A stretch of DNA of 64,000 nucleotides. Origin: an uncultured Verrucomicrobiae bacterium (GTDB lineage Bacteria > Verrucomicrobiota > Verrucomicrobiia > Chthoniobacterales > Chthoniobacteraceae). The stretch's first letter is position 1. The number at the start of each line of letters is the position of its first letter. Both the position numbers and the translations under genes were made by a program. Under the pieces are notes generated by a model that worked only from the letters and a program-made list of their open reading frames with translations, searched no databases and was not told where the DNA came from. The stretch is taken from positions 320,001 to 384,000 of the forward strand of contig CAVYKI010000002.1 of the NCBI GenBank assembly GCA_963769025.1, given 5' to 3'. Below, piece after piece: positions 1-12,102 of this stretch.

Positions 1-2
1 CG

Positions 3-518
3 CTGTGGACTGCCGCGACGCGGAAGCTCAAGGACGCAAAATGGCGCGGCCCGGACGGCGCGAAGCTGGTCTTTGAAATCCGCTCCGAGACCGACAACGC
101 CCTCGTCGTCACCGTGAACACCAATGCATGGGGCGCGTTCGGCGCTGGAAAGCCCGCCGTGGACTACAGCGCCGTGAAACCGGTGAAGGCATGGGCCGAC
201 TGGCAGACCGTCGCCGTCTCACTCGACGAACTCGCCGCGACCAATCCGAAAGTCACCGCGCCGCTCGCAAACTGGCAGACGGTCACCGAACTCATCATCA
301 GCCCCAGCGCGACGATTTTGAAAGACGGACAAAAGGTGAAAGTGGAAGGCAAACCGTGGCGCGGCCCACGGGAGATCCGCGCGATGCGTTGGGAAGGCGG
401 CGAGTATCCGGCTCACGGGGCAGTTGATTCCGTGCTGACGCCGGATGCGCTGAAAAGGAGCTTCGACGACGCGATCCGAAAGTCGCTCGAGGAGGAAAAG
501 GCGGGACAAAACAAATAG
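3..518 (+). CDS. C-terminal part of a hypothetical protein (5' truncated by window edge)
   Basis: Frame open from base 3 (LWTAATRKLKDAKWRGPDGAKLVFEI...) to TAG at 516-518; typical codon usage. No catalytic motif visible in this part. Confidence 0.7.
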   Translation: MWTAATRKLKDAKWRGPDGAKLVFEIRSETDNALVVTVNTNAWGAFGAGKPAVDYSAVKPVKAWADWQTVAVSLDELAATNPKVTAPLANWQTVTELIISPSATILKDGQKVKVEGKPWRGPREIRAMRWEGGEYPAHGAVDSVLTPDALKRSFDDAIRKSLEEEKAGQNK

Positions 519-635
519 CCACGCACCAAACCCGACAGTCTTTAACCGAAGCTTCCTCCGCGCTTCCTCCGCATTCATGCAGTCGATGCCTGTGGAGGCC
601 GTGGCGGATCCAACGATACTCAAGTGAACACATCC

Positions 636-3074
636 ATGAAAACTCTACGCACTCTCATCTCATGCACCATCGCGGCGCTGCTCATCCTTCCGCTCTGCCC
701 GGAGGCGATCAGCCAGCAGAAAGCCGTGCCCGTCCCTGATCTCACCATGGACGGCAAGCGCGACGAAGCCCACGACTGGACGCTCGGGCCGACCGGCGCG
801 CGCGGCTGGATTTTCACGGCAAACGGGCACTCCCGCGATGCCCGGCAGATTCTCATCACGGAAGTGGCGAAGGGCTCTCCGGCGGATGGCGTGCTCGCGG
901 TGGGCGATGTGATTCTCGGCGTGGACGGGAAACCGTTTGCAGACGATGCGCGTGTGCTTTTCGCGAAGGCCATCGCGGCGGCGGAGTCGGAGAAAGGCGT
1001 GCTGCGTCTGCTGCTCTGGCGTGCGGGGAAGACGGAGGCGGCGGAGTTGATGCTCGCGGTGCTCGGCAGCTACAGCGCCACCGCGCCGTATGCGTGCGCG
1101 AAGTCGAAGCGCATTTTCGAGCTGGGTTGCGCGTCGCTCGCGAAGCGCATGGCTGACGAGAAAACTTACACGAAGCGCCTCGACCCGATTCCACGCGCGC
1201 TCAACGCGCTCGCGCTTCTCGCCAGCGGCAACAAGGAATGGCTCCCGCTCGTGAAACGCGAGGCGCAGTGGGCGGCGGACTTCACCACGAGCGGCTATCT
1301 CTCGTGGTATTACGGCTACAACATGGCGCTCGCAGCGGAATACGTCATGGCCACCGGCGACCAGTCGGTGATGCCCGGCCTGACGCGCCTCGCGCTCGAA
1401 ACGGCGCGCGGGCAAAGCGGCGTTGGCACGTGGGGCCATCGCTTTGCGCCCTCGGGCGGAAATCTCGGCGGCTACGGCGCGATGAATGCGCCCGGTCTGC
1501 CGCTCACCATCGGCATGGTGCTCGCCCGCGAGGCCGGCGTGAAACATCCAGACCTCGACCGCGCCATCGCCAAGGCGTCCGGATTCCTGCGCTGGTATGT
1601 GAACAAGGGCGCGGTGCCCTACGGAGACCATCAGCCGTTCCCCGCGCATGAGGACAACGGCAAGTGCTCCGCCGCGACCGTGCTCTTCGATCTGCTCGGC
1701 GATCGCGAGGCGGCGGAGTTTTTCGCGAAGATGTCCACCGCCGCCTACAGCGAGCGCGAGCGCGGGCACACGGGCAATTATTTCAACGTGCTCTGGGCCA
1801 TGCAGGGCGTCGCGCGCGGCGGTCCGCTGGCCACCGGCGCGTATTGGAAAGAGCAGTCGTGGTATTACGACCTCGCCCGCGCTTGGGACACGAGCTGGCG
1901 CTACCAGGGCTCGCCCGTCGGCGAGGAGGAGCACGGCAGCTACAAAGGATGGGACACGAGCGGCAGCCATCTGCTCGACTACGCGCTTCCGCTGAAAAGC
2001 CTGCGCCTCACCGGAAAAAAGCCGTTCACCGTGACTCCGCTCAATGCCGCGCAAGTCGCGGAGGTCATCGCCGCCGGACGCGACTACGCCTACAAGGGCG
2101 ATGAGAACCGCTACGAAAAGCGCACCACCGAGCAACTGTTCGCCGGCCTCGCGAGCTGGTCGCCCTTCGTCCGCAAACGCAGCGCCGCCGCACTCGGCAA
2201 GCGCGACGGAGAGCACGTCCCCGCGCTGCTTAAGCTGCTCGCCAGCTCCAGCCGCGATGCCCGCTACGGCGCGTGTGAAGCGCTGGGAAATCTCGGACCA
2301 AAAGCCGACGCCGCCGCGCCGCAACTCCGCGCCGCGCTCAAGGACTCCGACCCGTGGATACAATCGCTCGCCGCCGAAGCCCTGCCCGCGCTCGGCCCCG
2401 ATGCGCGCAAAGCGAGCGTGAGCGACCTGCTCGCCATGACCGTGCGCCCGAACCCCGCCGACCCGCGCCGCATGGCTTCGCGCTCCGCCGCCATCGCGCT
2501 GTTTTCGAACTACCCCGGCAAGCGCGGCCCGAAAAGCATCCTAGCCGAATCGCTCGACGGCGTTGACCGCAAGCTCCTTTACCCGGCCGTGCAGGTGCTC
2601 CTTCAAAACGAAGACAGCGTCGTCCGCAGCTCGGTGGGCAAAACGCTGAACGACCTCGACGAACGCGACCTCGTGGTGCTGCTTCCCGCGATCACCAAAG
2701 CCGTCGAGCATCTCGCACCGAGCAACGAAATGTTTGGCGACGGAATCCGCCTCGCCGGTCTCGATCTGCTCACGCGCCTCCACATCCGCGAAGGCATGGC
2801 GCTGTGCGTGTCCGTCATCGAACCCAGCCGCTGGGGCCTTGCCAACCGCGTCGCCAAATGCGCCGAATACCTCCCACGCTACGGCACCCACGCCAAGGCC
2901 GCGCTGCCGCAGTTGAAGGAAATCCGCGCGCAACTCGTGGCCGGCGCCGGCAAGAATCCCAAAAGCGAGCATGTGGAGAAGATAGACAAATGCATCGCCG
3001 CGATCGAATCGAGCACCGCCACGCCCACCGTCATCAACCTCGCAGATTTCAAGGTGCGTCCCGCTTCCAGGTAG
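636..3074 (+). CDS. Secreted DUF6288-type protein with PDZ-like segment and HEAT-like repeats
   Basis: Signal peptide MKTLRTLISCTIAALLIL; WTLGPTGARGWI and ILITEVAKGSPADGVLAVGDVILGV (DUF6288/PDZ-like); HEAT-like repeats such as ARYGACEALGNLG and IQSLAAEALPALG. Confidence 0.75.
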   Translation: MKTLRTLISCTIAALLILPLCPEAISQQKAVPVPDLTMDGKRDEAHDWTLGPTGARGWIFTANGHSRDARQILITEVAKGSPADGVLAVGDVILGVDGKPFADDARVLFAKAIAAAESEKGVLRLLLWRAGKTEAAELMLAVLGSYSATAPYACAKSKRIFELGCASLAKRMADEKTYTKRLDPIPRALNALALLASGNKEWLPLVKREAQWAADFTTSGYLSWYYGYNMALAAEYVMATGDQSVMPGLTRLALETARGQSGVGTWGHRFAPSGGNLGGYGAMNAPGLPLTIGMVLAREAGVKHPDLDRAIAKASGFLRWYVNKGAVPYGDHQPFPAHEDNGKCSAATVLFDLLGDREAAEFFAKMSTAAYSERERGHTGNYFNVLWAMQGVARGGPLATGAYWKEQSWYYDLARAWDTSWRYQGSPVGEEEHGSYKGWDTSGSHLLDYALPLKSLRLTGKKPFTVTPLNAAQVAEVIAAGRDYAYKGDENRYEKRTTEQLFAGLASWSPFVRKRSAAALGKRDGEHVPALLKLLASSSRDARYGACEALGNLGPKADAAAPQLRAALKDSDPWIQSLAAEALPALGPDARKASVSDLLAMTVRPNPADPRRMASRSAAIALFSNYPGKRGPKSILAESLDGVDRKLLYPAVQVLLQNEDSVVRSSVGKTLNDLDERDLVVLLPAITKAVEHLAPSNEMFGDGIRLAGLDLLTRLHIREGMALCVSVIEPSRWGLANRVAKCAEYLPRYGTHAKAALPQLKEIRAQLVAGAGKNPKSEHVEKIDKCIAAIESSTATPTVINLADFKVRPASR

Positions 3075-3284
3075 CAAAAGGCCCCTCATCGCCGCACTGA
3101 CAGACTCGGACTGCACCAAGCCATAAGCCTCGGCTCAGCGGCGGTCGCAGCGAGTGTGAGCGGGAGGAGAAACCTCAACATATGACGCATGGCTGATTTG
3201 TGGCATTGGCGTATCTCCGAGGGGATGTTATGCGCGGACTCAGAAACTCCAACCTGCGGAAGAAATCTCCCACCATCCAAATCC

Positions 3285-4813
3285 ATGAAGACCCTCCTCA
3301 TCGCTCTCTTCGCCGCATTTTGCCTCACCGCAAATGCCCGCGCGGAACTCGCCGCGTCCAAGCCGAACATCATCCTCGTGATCACCGACGACCAGGGCTA
3401 CGGCCCGGTAGGGCGTCACGGGCATCCGTGGCTGAAGACGCCGCATCTCGACGCGCTCTACGACAAGAGCCTTCGCTTCACGCGCTTCCTGGTGAGCCCC
3501 ACATGTTCGCCCACGCGCAGCGCGATCATGACGGGGCGGCACCCGCTGAAGAACGGAATCACGCACACCATCCTGGAGCGCGAGCGCATGACGCTGGACG
3601 CCACCATCCTCCCGCAGGTGCTGAAGACGGCGGGCTACACTTCCGGCATTTTCGGCAAATGGCATCTCGGCGACGAGGAGCCGTACCAGCCGCATCAGCG
3701 CGGATTCGATGAAGCCTTCATCCACGGCGCGGGCGGCATCGGGCAGGGGTATCCGTGCTCGTGCGCCGACGTGCCGGAGAACAAGTACACCGACCCGGTG
3801 ATCCGCCACAACGGCAAGTTCGTGAAGACGCACGGCTTTTGCACCGATGTGTTTTTCACCGCGGGCCTCGGCTGGATCCAGGAGCAGAAAAAGAAGGGCC
3901 AGCCGTTCTTCGCCTACATCTCGACGAATGCGCCGCACGGGCCGTTCATCGCGCCGGAGAAGAATGCGAAGCGCTTCACCGACCTCGGCTTCGGCAAGGA
4001 GCAGGCGGGCTTCTACGGGATGATCGAGAACATTGACGAGAACATGGGACGGCTCGCCGCGAAGCTGGAGGAATGGGATCTCTACAAGAATACGGTCGTC
4101 ATTTTCATGTCCGACAACGGCATGACTGGCGGCGGCTCCGGCCAGCCGGGCAAGGATCTCGCGCCCGGCTATCCGTTCTTCAACGGCAACCAGAGCGGAC
4201 TGAAAGGCTCGACCGATGAAGGCGGCGTGCGCGTGCCGTTCTTCATCCGCTGGGATGGGAAGATCGCTCCCGGCCGCGACATCGGCACCATCGCCGCGCA
4301 CATCGATCTGCTGCCGACCTTCGCCGCGCTCGCGGCGCGGAGCTGCCGAAGAACCAGGTCGAAGGCCGCAGCCTGCTGCCGCTCATCGAGGGCAAGGCCG
4401 ACGCGTGGCCGGACCGCTATCTCTTCACCCACGTCGCGCGCTGGCCCACTGGCAGCGAGCCGAACGATCACAAGCTCGTGAACTACGGCGTACGCAATCA
4501 GAAGTTCCGATTCGTCGGCCCTCGCGGCGGCGGAGGCAGGGCGAACAAGAAGGCCGCGCAGCAGCCTGCGCAGGAAACCAAGGGCGCACTCTACGACATC
4601 GAATCCGATCCCTACCAGAAGACCAACGTCATTGCCCAACATCCCGAGGTCGCCGCGAAGATGAACGCCGCGTATGAGGCATTCTGGAAGGAAGCGCGCC
4701 CGCTCATGGTGAATGAGAGCGCCCCAATGTCGCCGACCCAGCCCTTCCGCGAACTCTACGAGAAGCAGCTCAAATCCGGCGGCATCCCCGACTGGACTCC
4801 GCCCGCGCTGTGA
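3285..4813 (+). CDS. Arylsulfatase (formylglycine-dependent), one frameshift near 4335
   Basis: Signal peptide, KPNIILVITDDQG, CSPTR motif, GKWHLG, SDNG. The C-terminus (LYDIESDPYQKTNV) continues in another frame to TGA 4813. Confidence 0.9.
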
Positions 4814-5118
4814 GTCCGGGCGCAGTCACGGAGTCCGTGGCTTCCACCCCGCCCCCACAATGAAAGCTGGCTCGATGAATTCGCCAGACGCCGCGGAACC
4901 GCGCGAAACGTGCGACCGTGCTCGCTGCGTATCGGAAGCTTGCCGGGAAGGTCTGGAGGACATCGTTGCCGAGGTCGTGAAGTGACGGACGCCCGCACAA
5001 GGACGGAGCCGGTATGCCGAGTTTCATGCTGGCGCGCATTTCCGTGCCAAGACGCGATGCGGTGGCGAGGATAGCGTTCCTCCCAGACTTTTGATCGTCC
5101 GAGCTTGTTGTTCTCCGC

Positions 5119-6222
5119 ATGAAAATCACCCGCATTCTCGCCTATCGCGTCGCGCTTCCGTTGCACGAGACCACCTACAACTGGAGCGGCGGCAAATCGG
5201 TCACCGTTTTCGACAGTACCATCGTGCGTGTGGAGACGGACGCGGACATCGCTGGACACGGTGAGGTGTGTCCGCTCGGGCCGTTTTATCTCCCGGCGTA
5301 TGCGGAGGGTGTGCGCGCGGGCTTGCGGGAACTGGGGCCGCATCTCATCGGGCAGGATCCGCGCGAACTGGCGAAGCTGAATCATCGCATGGACGCCGCG
5401 CTCAAAGGGCATCCGTATGTGAAGAGCGGCATCGACATCGCGTGCTGGGACATCCTCGGTCAGGCGACCGGGCTGCCGGTGTGCGTGCTCATGGGCGGAC
5501 GTTTCGGCGAAAAGGTGCGGCTGTATCGCGCCATCTCGCAGGAGTCGCCGGAGGAGATGGCGGCAAAGGTCGCGGGCTACCGCGCTGAGGGCTACACGCG
5601 ATTTCAGCTCAAGGTCGGCGGCGATCCGGATACGGACATCGCGCGCATTTTCGCCGTCGCCGGGAAGCTCCAGCCCGGCGACCGGCTCGTGGCCGACGCG
5701 AACACCGGCTGGGTGCAGCACGAAGCCGTGCGCGTGGCGAAGGCCGTGCGCGACGTGGACGTGTACATCGAGCAGCCGTGCCTGACTTACGAGGAGTGCC
5801 TCGCAGTGCGGCGGCAGTGCGCGCATCCGTTCGTGCTCGATGAGAATGTGGATTCACTGGACATGCTGCTCCGCGCAAAGGCGGACCTCGCGATGGACGT
5901 GGTGAATTTGAAAATCAGCAAGCTCGGCGGGCTCACGAAAATCAAGCAGGCGCGCGACCTCTGCGTGAGCATGGGCATCGCGATGACACTGGAGGATTCG
6001 TGGGGCGGCGACATCACCACGGCGGCCATCGCGCATCTCGCGCACAGCACGCCGGAGGAGTTCCGTTTCACGAGCACGGATTTCAACAGCTATGTGACCG
6101 TGAGCACCGCCGAGGGCGCACCGCAGCGGCAGAATGGCTTCATGTCCGCAAGCACCGCGCCCGGCCTCGGCATCACGCCGAGGATGGAAGTGCTCGGGAA
6201 GCCCGTGGTCGTCATTGAATAG
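5119..6222 (+). CDS. Enolase-superfamily (mandelate racemase/MLE) enzyme, cis-3-hydroxyproline dehydratase / hydroxyproline-betaine epimerase-like
   Basis: [42 protein letters not shown] and EDSWGG motifs. Confidence 0.85.
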   Translation: MKITRILAYRVALPLHETTYNWSGGKSVTVFDSTIVRVETDADIAGHGEVCPLGPFYLPAYAEGVRAGLRELGPHLIGQDPRELAKLNHRMDAALKGHPYVKSGIDIACWDILGQATGLPVCVLMGGRFGEKVRLYRAISQESPEEMAAKVAGYRAEGYTRFQLKVGGDPDTDIARIFAVAGKLQPGDRLVADANTGWVQHEAVRVAKAVRDVDVYIEQPCLTYEECLAVRRQCAHPFVLDENVDSLDMLLRAKADLAMDVVNLKISKLGGLTKIKQARDLCVSMGIAMTLEDSWGGDITTAAIAHLAHSTPEEFRFTSTDFNSYVTVSTAEGAPQRQNGFMSASTAPGLGITPRMEVLGKPVVVIE

Positions 6223-6233
6223 AAGCCCGCGCT

Positions 6234-7821
6234 GTGAAACTCCCCGCCGCTGCCGCCGTCCTTCTCGCCGCAATGGCGTTCGGGGTTGCGCCCCTTCATG
6301 CCGGCGATGCCGCGAAGCCGCAGACGAAGCCCAACATCGTCCTCATCCTCGCGGACGATCTCGGTTACGGCGATGTCGGCTGCTACAACCCGGAGTCGAA
6401 GGTTCCCACACCAAATCTCGACCGGCTCGCCAGCGAGGGCATGAGGTTCACGGACGCGCACTCGGCCTCCACGGTCTGCACGCCGTCGCGCTACAGCATC
6501 ATGACAGGCCGGATGTGCTTTTCGCACCGGGTATCGCGGGGGAGTCTTCACCGGCGTGGGCGGGCCGAGTCTGATCGAGAAGGAGCGTCTTACGCTGCCC
6601 GGGATGCTGCGCGACAGGGGCTACGCGACGGCCTGCGTGGGCAAGTGGCATATGGGCATGACGTTTCAGACCAAGGACGGCACGCCCGCGCACGAGGTGA
6701 AGATCGACGGCCCAGCGAACGGAGCGGCCAAGGAACTTGCGCGCGTCAAGCTCGTGGATTTCAGCAAGCCCATCACCGACGGGCCGGTGAATCGCGGCTT
6801 CGATTATTTCTTCGGCACCGCCTGCTGTCCCACGACGGACTGGCTGTATGCGTTCATCGAAAATAACCGCGTTCCCGTGCCGCCCGATCATCTGCTCGAT
6901 GCGAGCGCGCTGCCGCAGCATCCGTATTCCGCTGATTGCCGGCGCGGCTGGGTGGCTCCCGGTTTCGAGCATGAGAAGGTGGACCTGGTTTTCCTCGACA
7001 AGAGCAAGGCGTGGCTCACGCGGCATGTGCAGCGCGAGCCGAAGCAACCTTTCTTCCTCAATCACGCGATGCAGGCCGTGCATCTGCCGTCCTTCGCCGC
7101 GCCGGAGTTTCAGGGGAAAACGAAGGCCGGGCCGCACGGGGATTTCATCGCCGAACTGGACTATATCGTCGGCGAACTGATGGCGACGCTGGAAGAACTC
7201 GGCGTGGCGGACAACACGCTGATCCTCTTCAGCAGCGACAACGGCCCGGAGACGACGAGCGTGGTCCACATGCGCGCCGATTATGGTCACGACGGCGCAC
7301 GGCCCTGGCGCGGCGTGAAGCGCGACGACTGGGAGGGCGGCCACCGCGTGCCGCTCATCGTGCGTTGGCCGGGGCGCATCAAAGCGGGGGTGTCGGATGC
7401 CACGGTCTGCCTCACGGACATCATGGCCACCTGCGCCGCGATCACCGGCGCGAAACTGCCTGCGAGTTCCGCGGAGGACAGTTTCAGCTTTCTCACCGCG
7501 CTCACGGGCGCGGCGGACACGGGACCGGCGCGCGACTACACGCTCCATCAGACCATCCGGCTCGACATGGCGATCCGTCGTGGCGAGTGGAAGTATCTCG
7601 ATCATCGAGGCTCCGGCGGAAACAGCTACGACAAGGGCGAGATGCAACCCTATGCCCTTCCCGACACCGCGCCGGACGCCCCCGGTCAGCTTTACAACCT
7701 CACCGCGGATCCCGGCGAAACGACGAATCTCTACTTCAAGCACCCGGAGATCGTGAAGGAACTCAAGGCCCTGCTCGAAGCGAGCAAAGCCTCCGGACGC
7801 GGCGACGCGAGACTCCAGTGA
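6234..7821 (+). CDS. Arylsulfatase, one frameshift near 6530
   Basis: [54 protein letters not shown]; joins ORFs 6234..6866 and 6556..7821. Confidence 0.9.
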
Positions 7822-7826
7822 CCTTC

Positions 7827-10559
7827 ATGCAATCCATGAAATGCAGATTCTCCGCAGCGGCTCGGCGTGCGGCGAGCATGCTGCCGCGGATCGCGCTGGG
7901 CCTCATGCTCTGCTCCGGTGGCGTTTCGGCTTCGTTTGCGGAGGTGATCGTTGGCGGGATCGCGTCCAACCGGCTCGATCCGGAGCTGAAGGGGCTGGTG
8001 CTGATCGAGGAGTTGAATTGCGCGGCCTGTCACGCGGGCGACGTGTCGTTGGCGGCACGATCGAAGAAGGCGCCGCGGCTCGCTGATGTCGGCTCGCGCG
8101 TGAATCCGAACTACCTGGAGGCATTCATCCGCGATCCGCACGGGACCAAGCCCGGCACGACGATGCCGGACGTGCTGACGCAGTTGGGCGCGGAGGAAAA
8201 GCGACAGGCGGCGACGGAACTCACGCACTTTTTGTCATCGCTGAAGAAAAATGACTTTGCATTGCAGCCGCCCGATGCGGTGGCTGCTCGGCACGGGAAG
8301 GACCTTTTCCATTCGCGCGGATGCGCGGCATGTCATTCGCCGCGCGATGAGAAAGGGACTGAGTTGCTCCTGAAGACTTCCGTGCCGCTGGGTGCGCTGG
8401 AGAAGAAGTATAGCTTCAGGAGTCTCGTGGATTTTCTGCGTCAGCCGCACGTGAGCCGGCCGTCTGGACGCATGCCCGACATGCGTCTCCCAGGGCAGGA
8501 TATTGAGCGCATCGCGCATTACTTGCTCCAGGATACGCGAGTGCCGGGGGCGCTTTCGTACACGCTGTATCGCGGGCAGGTGTGGGAAGGATTGGAAAGC
8601 GACAAGGTGACTGCGGAGCGTGCGGGGCATGTGAAGGATTTCGAACTGGGGAGCCTGGGCAAGCCGCAGCAACACACGGCAGTCCGATACGAGGGCTGGA
8701 TGAACATCGCCAACAAGGGGCGCTACACGTTCTTTCTGACAATGAATGGCGGCTCGCTGTTCGTGGATGGAAAGCCAATCATCGAGCAGGAGCCGAGCGA
8801 CCGGCGCGGGCCGAAGCAACTGGAGGGCGCGGCGGAACTCGACGCGGGCTGGCGCAAGATTCAGCTCACGTATTCCCACACGGGGCGCGAAGCGAAGTTT
8901 TCCTTCGAGATGCAGGGCCCGCAGTTTCCGCGCGGGCCGATTCCGTCGTCGTTGCTGTCTGTCTCGAACGAAGCGATTCCGGCCTTTGAACCGCTCAACG
9001 TGGATGCCGAACTTGCGTCGCGTGGACGGGAGCAGTTTGGAAAACTCGGCTGCGCGAACTGCCATGACGACCTTCGCGTTCCTTCCAAATTCAGCATCGC
9101 CTTTGCGAAGCTCGATCCGGGCCGCGGATGCCTCAGCGATGCCGCAGGTGCGTGGCCGCGCTTCGATCTCAGTGAGCTGCAGCGCGGATGGATCACCAAG
9201 GCGCTGCCGCACGCGGAAAAGCCGCAGCTCGACGACAGCCAGCAGATCAACAAAACGCTCGTCACCTTCAACTGCATCGCCTGTCACGAGCGCACCGGGC
9301 TCGGCGGGATCGCTCCGGAGCGCAATGCGCTCTTCACCGGGACGCAGCCTGCGCTCGGCGATCAGGGCCGGCTGCCTCCGCCGCTTTCCCACGTCGGCGC
9401 GAAGCTGAAACCCGAATGGCTCGCCGAGGTGCTGCTGAACGGGAAGCGTCAGCGCGATTACCTCGACGCTGCGATGCCGCAGTTTGGCGAGGCGAACGTC
9501 GGGCATCTCGTGGAGCTGTTTGGGAAGGTGGACAAATTGGAAACGGTCGTGCTGCCGAAGGTCGGCAACATTCAGGAGTCCAAGAGCGCCGGTTACGAGA
9601 TGGTGGGAGCGGGCGGGCTGAGCTGCATCGCATGCCATGAATTCAATGGGCAGAAATCGGGCGAAGTCGCCGCGCTCGACATCGCGCGCGTGCCGGAGCG
9701 GCTGAAGAAAAACTGGTTTGCGCTCTACATGCGGCAGCCGTCGCGTTTCCACCCGACGGTGATCATGCCGAGCTACTGGCCGGATGGGATTTCCACCCGC
9801 CCGAACATTCTCAGCGGCGACACCGCGCAGCAGATCGAGGCGCTGTGGACTTATCTCGAGGATGGAACGCGCGCGAAGAAACCGGCCGGCCTGGGCCGGC
9901 AGTCGAACGAGTTGCGCGTGGGCGATGTCGCGGAGATCTGCCGCGGGCGGGGGACCGCCGGATTTCGCGGCATCGGCGTGGGTTATCCGGAGCGCATCAA
10001 CCTGGCTTTTGACTCGGAGGAAATGGCGTTGCGCCAGCTTTGGAAGGGCGACTTTGCCAATGTGGACGCGGGTTCTTTTCGTCCCCGGGGCACGGACGCG
10101 ATTTCATTCCCGCCCGGCATTCCTTTTCACCGTCTGAAATCCCTCGACGACCACTGGCCCTACAAGGGGAAGACCAACCATCTTTTCCCGCAGGACCACG
10201 GCTACGAATTCCGCGGCTATCATCTGGATGCGAAGCGTCGGCCCACATTCCTTTACCGCTACGGCGACATCGCGGTGGAGGATTTCTTCGAGGACGCGCG
10301 CGACGAGGACGGCAGGGCGTACTTCAAGCGGACGTTTCGTTTCGACGCTCCCGCGGAGCAAACGCCCTTCCATTTCCGCGCAGCCGCGGGAAAGAAAATC
10401 ACCACGCGATCCGACCGGAGCTTCGGCATTGATAGGCTCGAACTGCGCATCACCAGCGACCACAAGGGCATCGTGCGCGAGGGCGAACCCGGCGAGGTGT
10501 TAATCCCGCTCACGCTGCCCAAAGGCCGCTCCACTCTCACCTTGGAATACCAATGGTAA
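7827..10559 (+). CDS. Multiheme c-type cytochrome with PA14-like domain (start 7827, 7836 or 7878)
   Basis: Five CxxCH motifs (CAACH, CAACH, CANCH, CIACH, CIACH), several PxxxMP axial-Met motifs, PA14-like segment (AVRYEGWMNIANKGRYTFFL...LDAGWRKIQLTY), signal peptide. Confidence 0.85.
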   Translation: MQSMKCRFSAAARRAASMLPRIALGLMLCSGGVSASFAEVIVGGIASNRLDPELKGLVLIEELNCAACHAGDVSLAARSKKAPRLADVGSRVNPNYLEAFIRDPHGTKPGTTMPDVLTQLGAEEKRQAATELTHFLSSLKKNDFALQPPDAVAARHGKDLFHSRGCAACHSPRDEKGTELLLKTSVPLGALEKKYSFRSLVDFLRQPHVSRPSGRMPDMRLPGQDIERIAHYLLQDTRVPGALSYTLYRGQVWEGLESDKVTAERAGHVKDFELGSLGKPQQHTAVRYEGWMNIANKGRYTFFLTMNGGSLFVDGKPIIEQEPSDRRGPKQLEGAAELDAGWRKIQLTYSHTGREAKFSFEMQGPQFPRGPIPSSLLSVSNEAIPAFEPLNVDAELASRGREQFGKLGCANCHDDLRVPSKFSIAFAKLDPGRGCLSDAAGAWPRFDLSELQRGWITKALPHAEKPQLDDSQQINKTLVTFNCIACHERTGLGGIAPERNALFTGTQPALGDQGRLPPPLSHVGAKLKPEWLAEVLLNGKRQRDYLDAAMPQFGEANVGHLVELFGKVDKLETVVLPKVGNIQESKSAGYEMVGAGGLSCIACHEFNGQKSGEVAALDIARVPERLKKNWFALYMRQPSRFHPTVIMPSYWPDGISTRPNILSGDTAQQIEALWTYLEDGTRAKKPAGLGRQSNELRVGDVAEICRGRGTAGFRGIGVGYPERINLAFDSEEMALRQLWKGDFANVDAGSFRPRGTDAISFPPGIPFHRLKSLDDHWPYKGKTNHLFPQDHGYEFRGYHLDAKRRPTFLYRYGDIAVEDFFEDARDEDGRAYFKRTFRFDAPAEQTPFHFRAAAGKKITTRSDRSFGIDRLELRITSDHKGIVREGEPGEVLIPLTLPKGRSTLTLEYQW

Positions 10560-12044
10560 GCGCGCGAAACATCGTGGCCTTTGCGATCCTTGGGCTCAGC
10601 CCGTTCCTGCGCGCCGAGGAAGACCTCGGCGCCATGTGGGGCACCGCTGCGGAGGAGGCGAAGTACTATCCCATCGTCAACATCCCGATTCCGCCCGGAG
10701 TGCCGATGCGGCCCGGCAGTTTTGAAATATTGCCGGACGGCCGGCTCGCGGCGGGCACGCGGCGCGGCGACATCTATTTCATCAAGGGCGCATTCGATTC
10801 GCCGCCAGCGCCCGAGTATCACCTCTTCGCGAGCGGGCAGGATGAAATCTTCGCGCTCTCGTGGAAGGACGGCGCGATGACGGCGACGACGTGGGGAGAA
10901 GTCACCCGCATCTCGGACACGGACGGCGATGAGGTCGCCGACCGGTACGACACGCTGACGAACGAATGGGGCTACGCCGAGGGCCACGAGTTTGCCTTCG
11001 GTTCCAAGCCCGATCCCGAGGGCAACATCTGGGTCGCGCTCGGTCTCAGCGGCTCGTACGAGTCGCACAATCTTTTCCGCGGCTGGGCGGTGAAGGTGAC
11101 GCCGGATGGAAAGATGATCCCCGTCTGCAGCGGACTGCGCAGCCCCGGTGGAGTGGGCGCAAATGCGCAGGGCGCGATGTTTGTCACCGAAAGCCAGGGG
11201 CCGTGGAATGGCTGCTGTTCGCTGAAGCATCTCAAGCCCGGCGCGTTTCTCGGCCATCCCGCGAGTTACAATTGGTATCCCTTTTCCGGCACGAAAGCGC
11301 CGCAGGTGACGCCGAACACGAACTCGCGCATGGGCGTGGAGAAGAAGCGCGTGAAGGAGCTGGTGCCGCCGGCGGTGAAGTTCCCGTACATCAAAATGGG
11401 CCGTTCGATCTCCGGCTTCCGGCTCGACAACACCGGCGGAAAATTCGGGCCGTTCGGCGGTCAGCTTTTCCTCGGCGACTACACGCAGAGCATCATCATG
11501 CGCGCGACGACCGAGCAGGTGAACGGCGTGTGGCAGGGCGCGTGTTATCCATTTCGCGAAGGACTCGCCACCGGGATCATGAACGTGGAATTTTCACCCG
11601 ACGGGCCAGCTCATCGCCGGAGGCTTCACCACGAGCCGTCAGTGGCCGGTGCGCGGGACAGAGCCGTTTGCCATCCAGCGCATCGACTGGAATGGCGTCG
11701 TACCCTTCGAGATCAAGGAGATCAACATTCGGAAGGACGGCTTTCGCATCACCTTCACCAAACCCGTGGACAGGCAGCTCGCCGCGCGGACCGATGCCTA
11801 CAACATCACCACCTACACGCACATCTACCACGCCGGCTACGGCAGCCCCGAGGTGGACCAGACGACGCCGCGCGTGACCGCGGCGGTCCCCGCGGCAGAC
11901 GGACTTTCGGTGATGGTGCATTTGGATCGCATCACGGAAGACCACATCCACGACTTCGACCTCGCGAAGATCCAATCGCAGGACGGCAAACATCTCCTCC
12001 ACACCAAGGCTTATTACACCGTGAACGAAATCCCCCGAGAGTAG
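10553..12044 (+). CDS. Secreted beta-propeller (PVC-type glucose/sorbosone dehydrogenase-like) protein, frameshift near 11604
   Basis: Overlaps the cytochrome stop; signal peptide; RISDTDGDEVADRY, SGLRSPGG, GQLFLGDY, VNGVWQGACYPF; C-terminus in ORF 11649..12044. Confidence 0.75.
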
Positions 12045-12102
12045 CCCGCGACCTGTCGCCGATTCATTCGCAAATTTCCCCGCCACTTTTTATCCACTCA
12101 AA

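Noticed and set aside
3086..3190. Signal-peptide-like minus-strand fragment MRHMLRFLLPLTLAATAAEP
   Set aside because: Possibly a gene remnant, but too short and with no recognisable domain.
5032..5050. Minus-strand TTGGCACGGAAATGC as a sigma54 promoter
   Set aside because: Spacing is GG-N9-GC, one short, and no minus-strand gene follows.
7011..7826. N-terminal extension of the 1182-aa cytochrome ORF
   Set aside because: It overlaps the sulfatase in another frame and is Arg-rich nonsense; the signal peptide begins after 7827.
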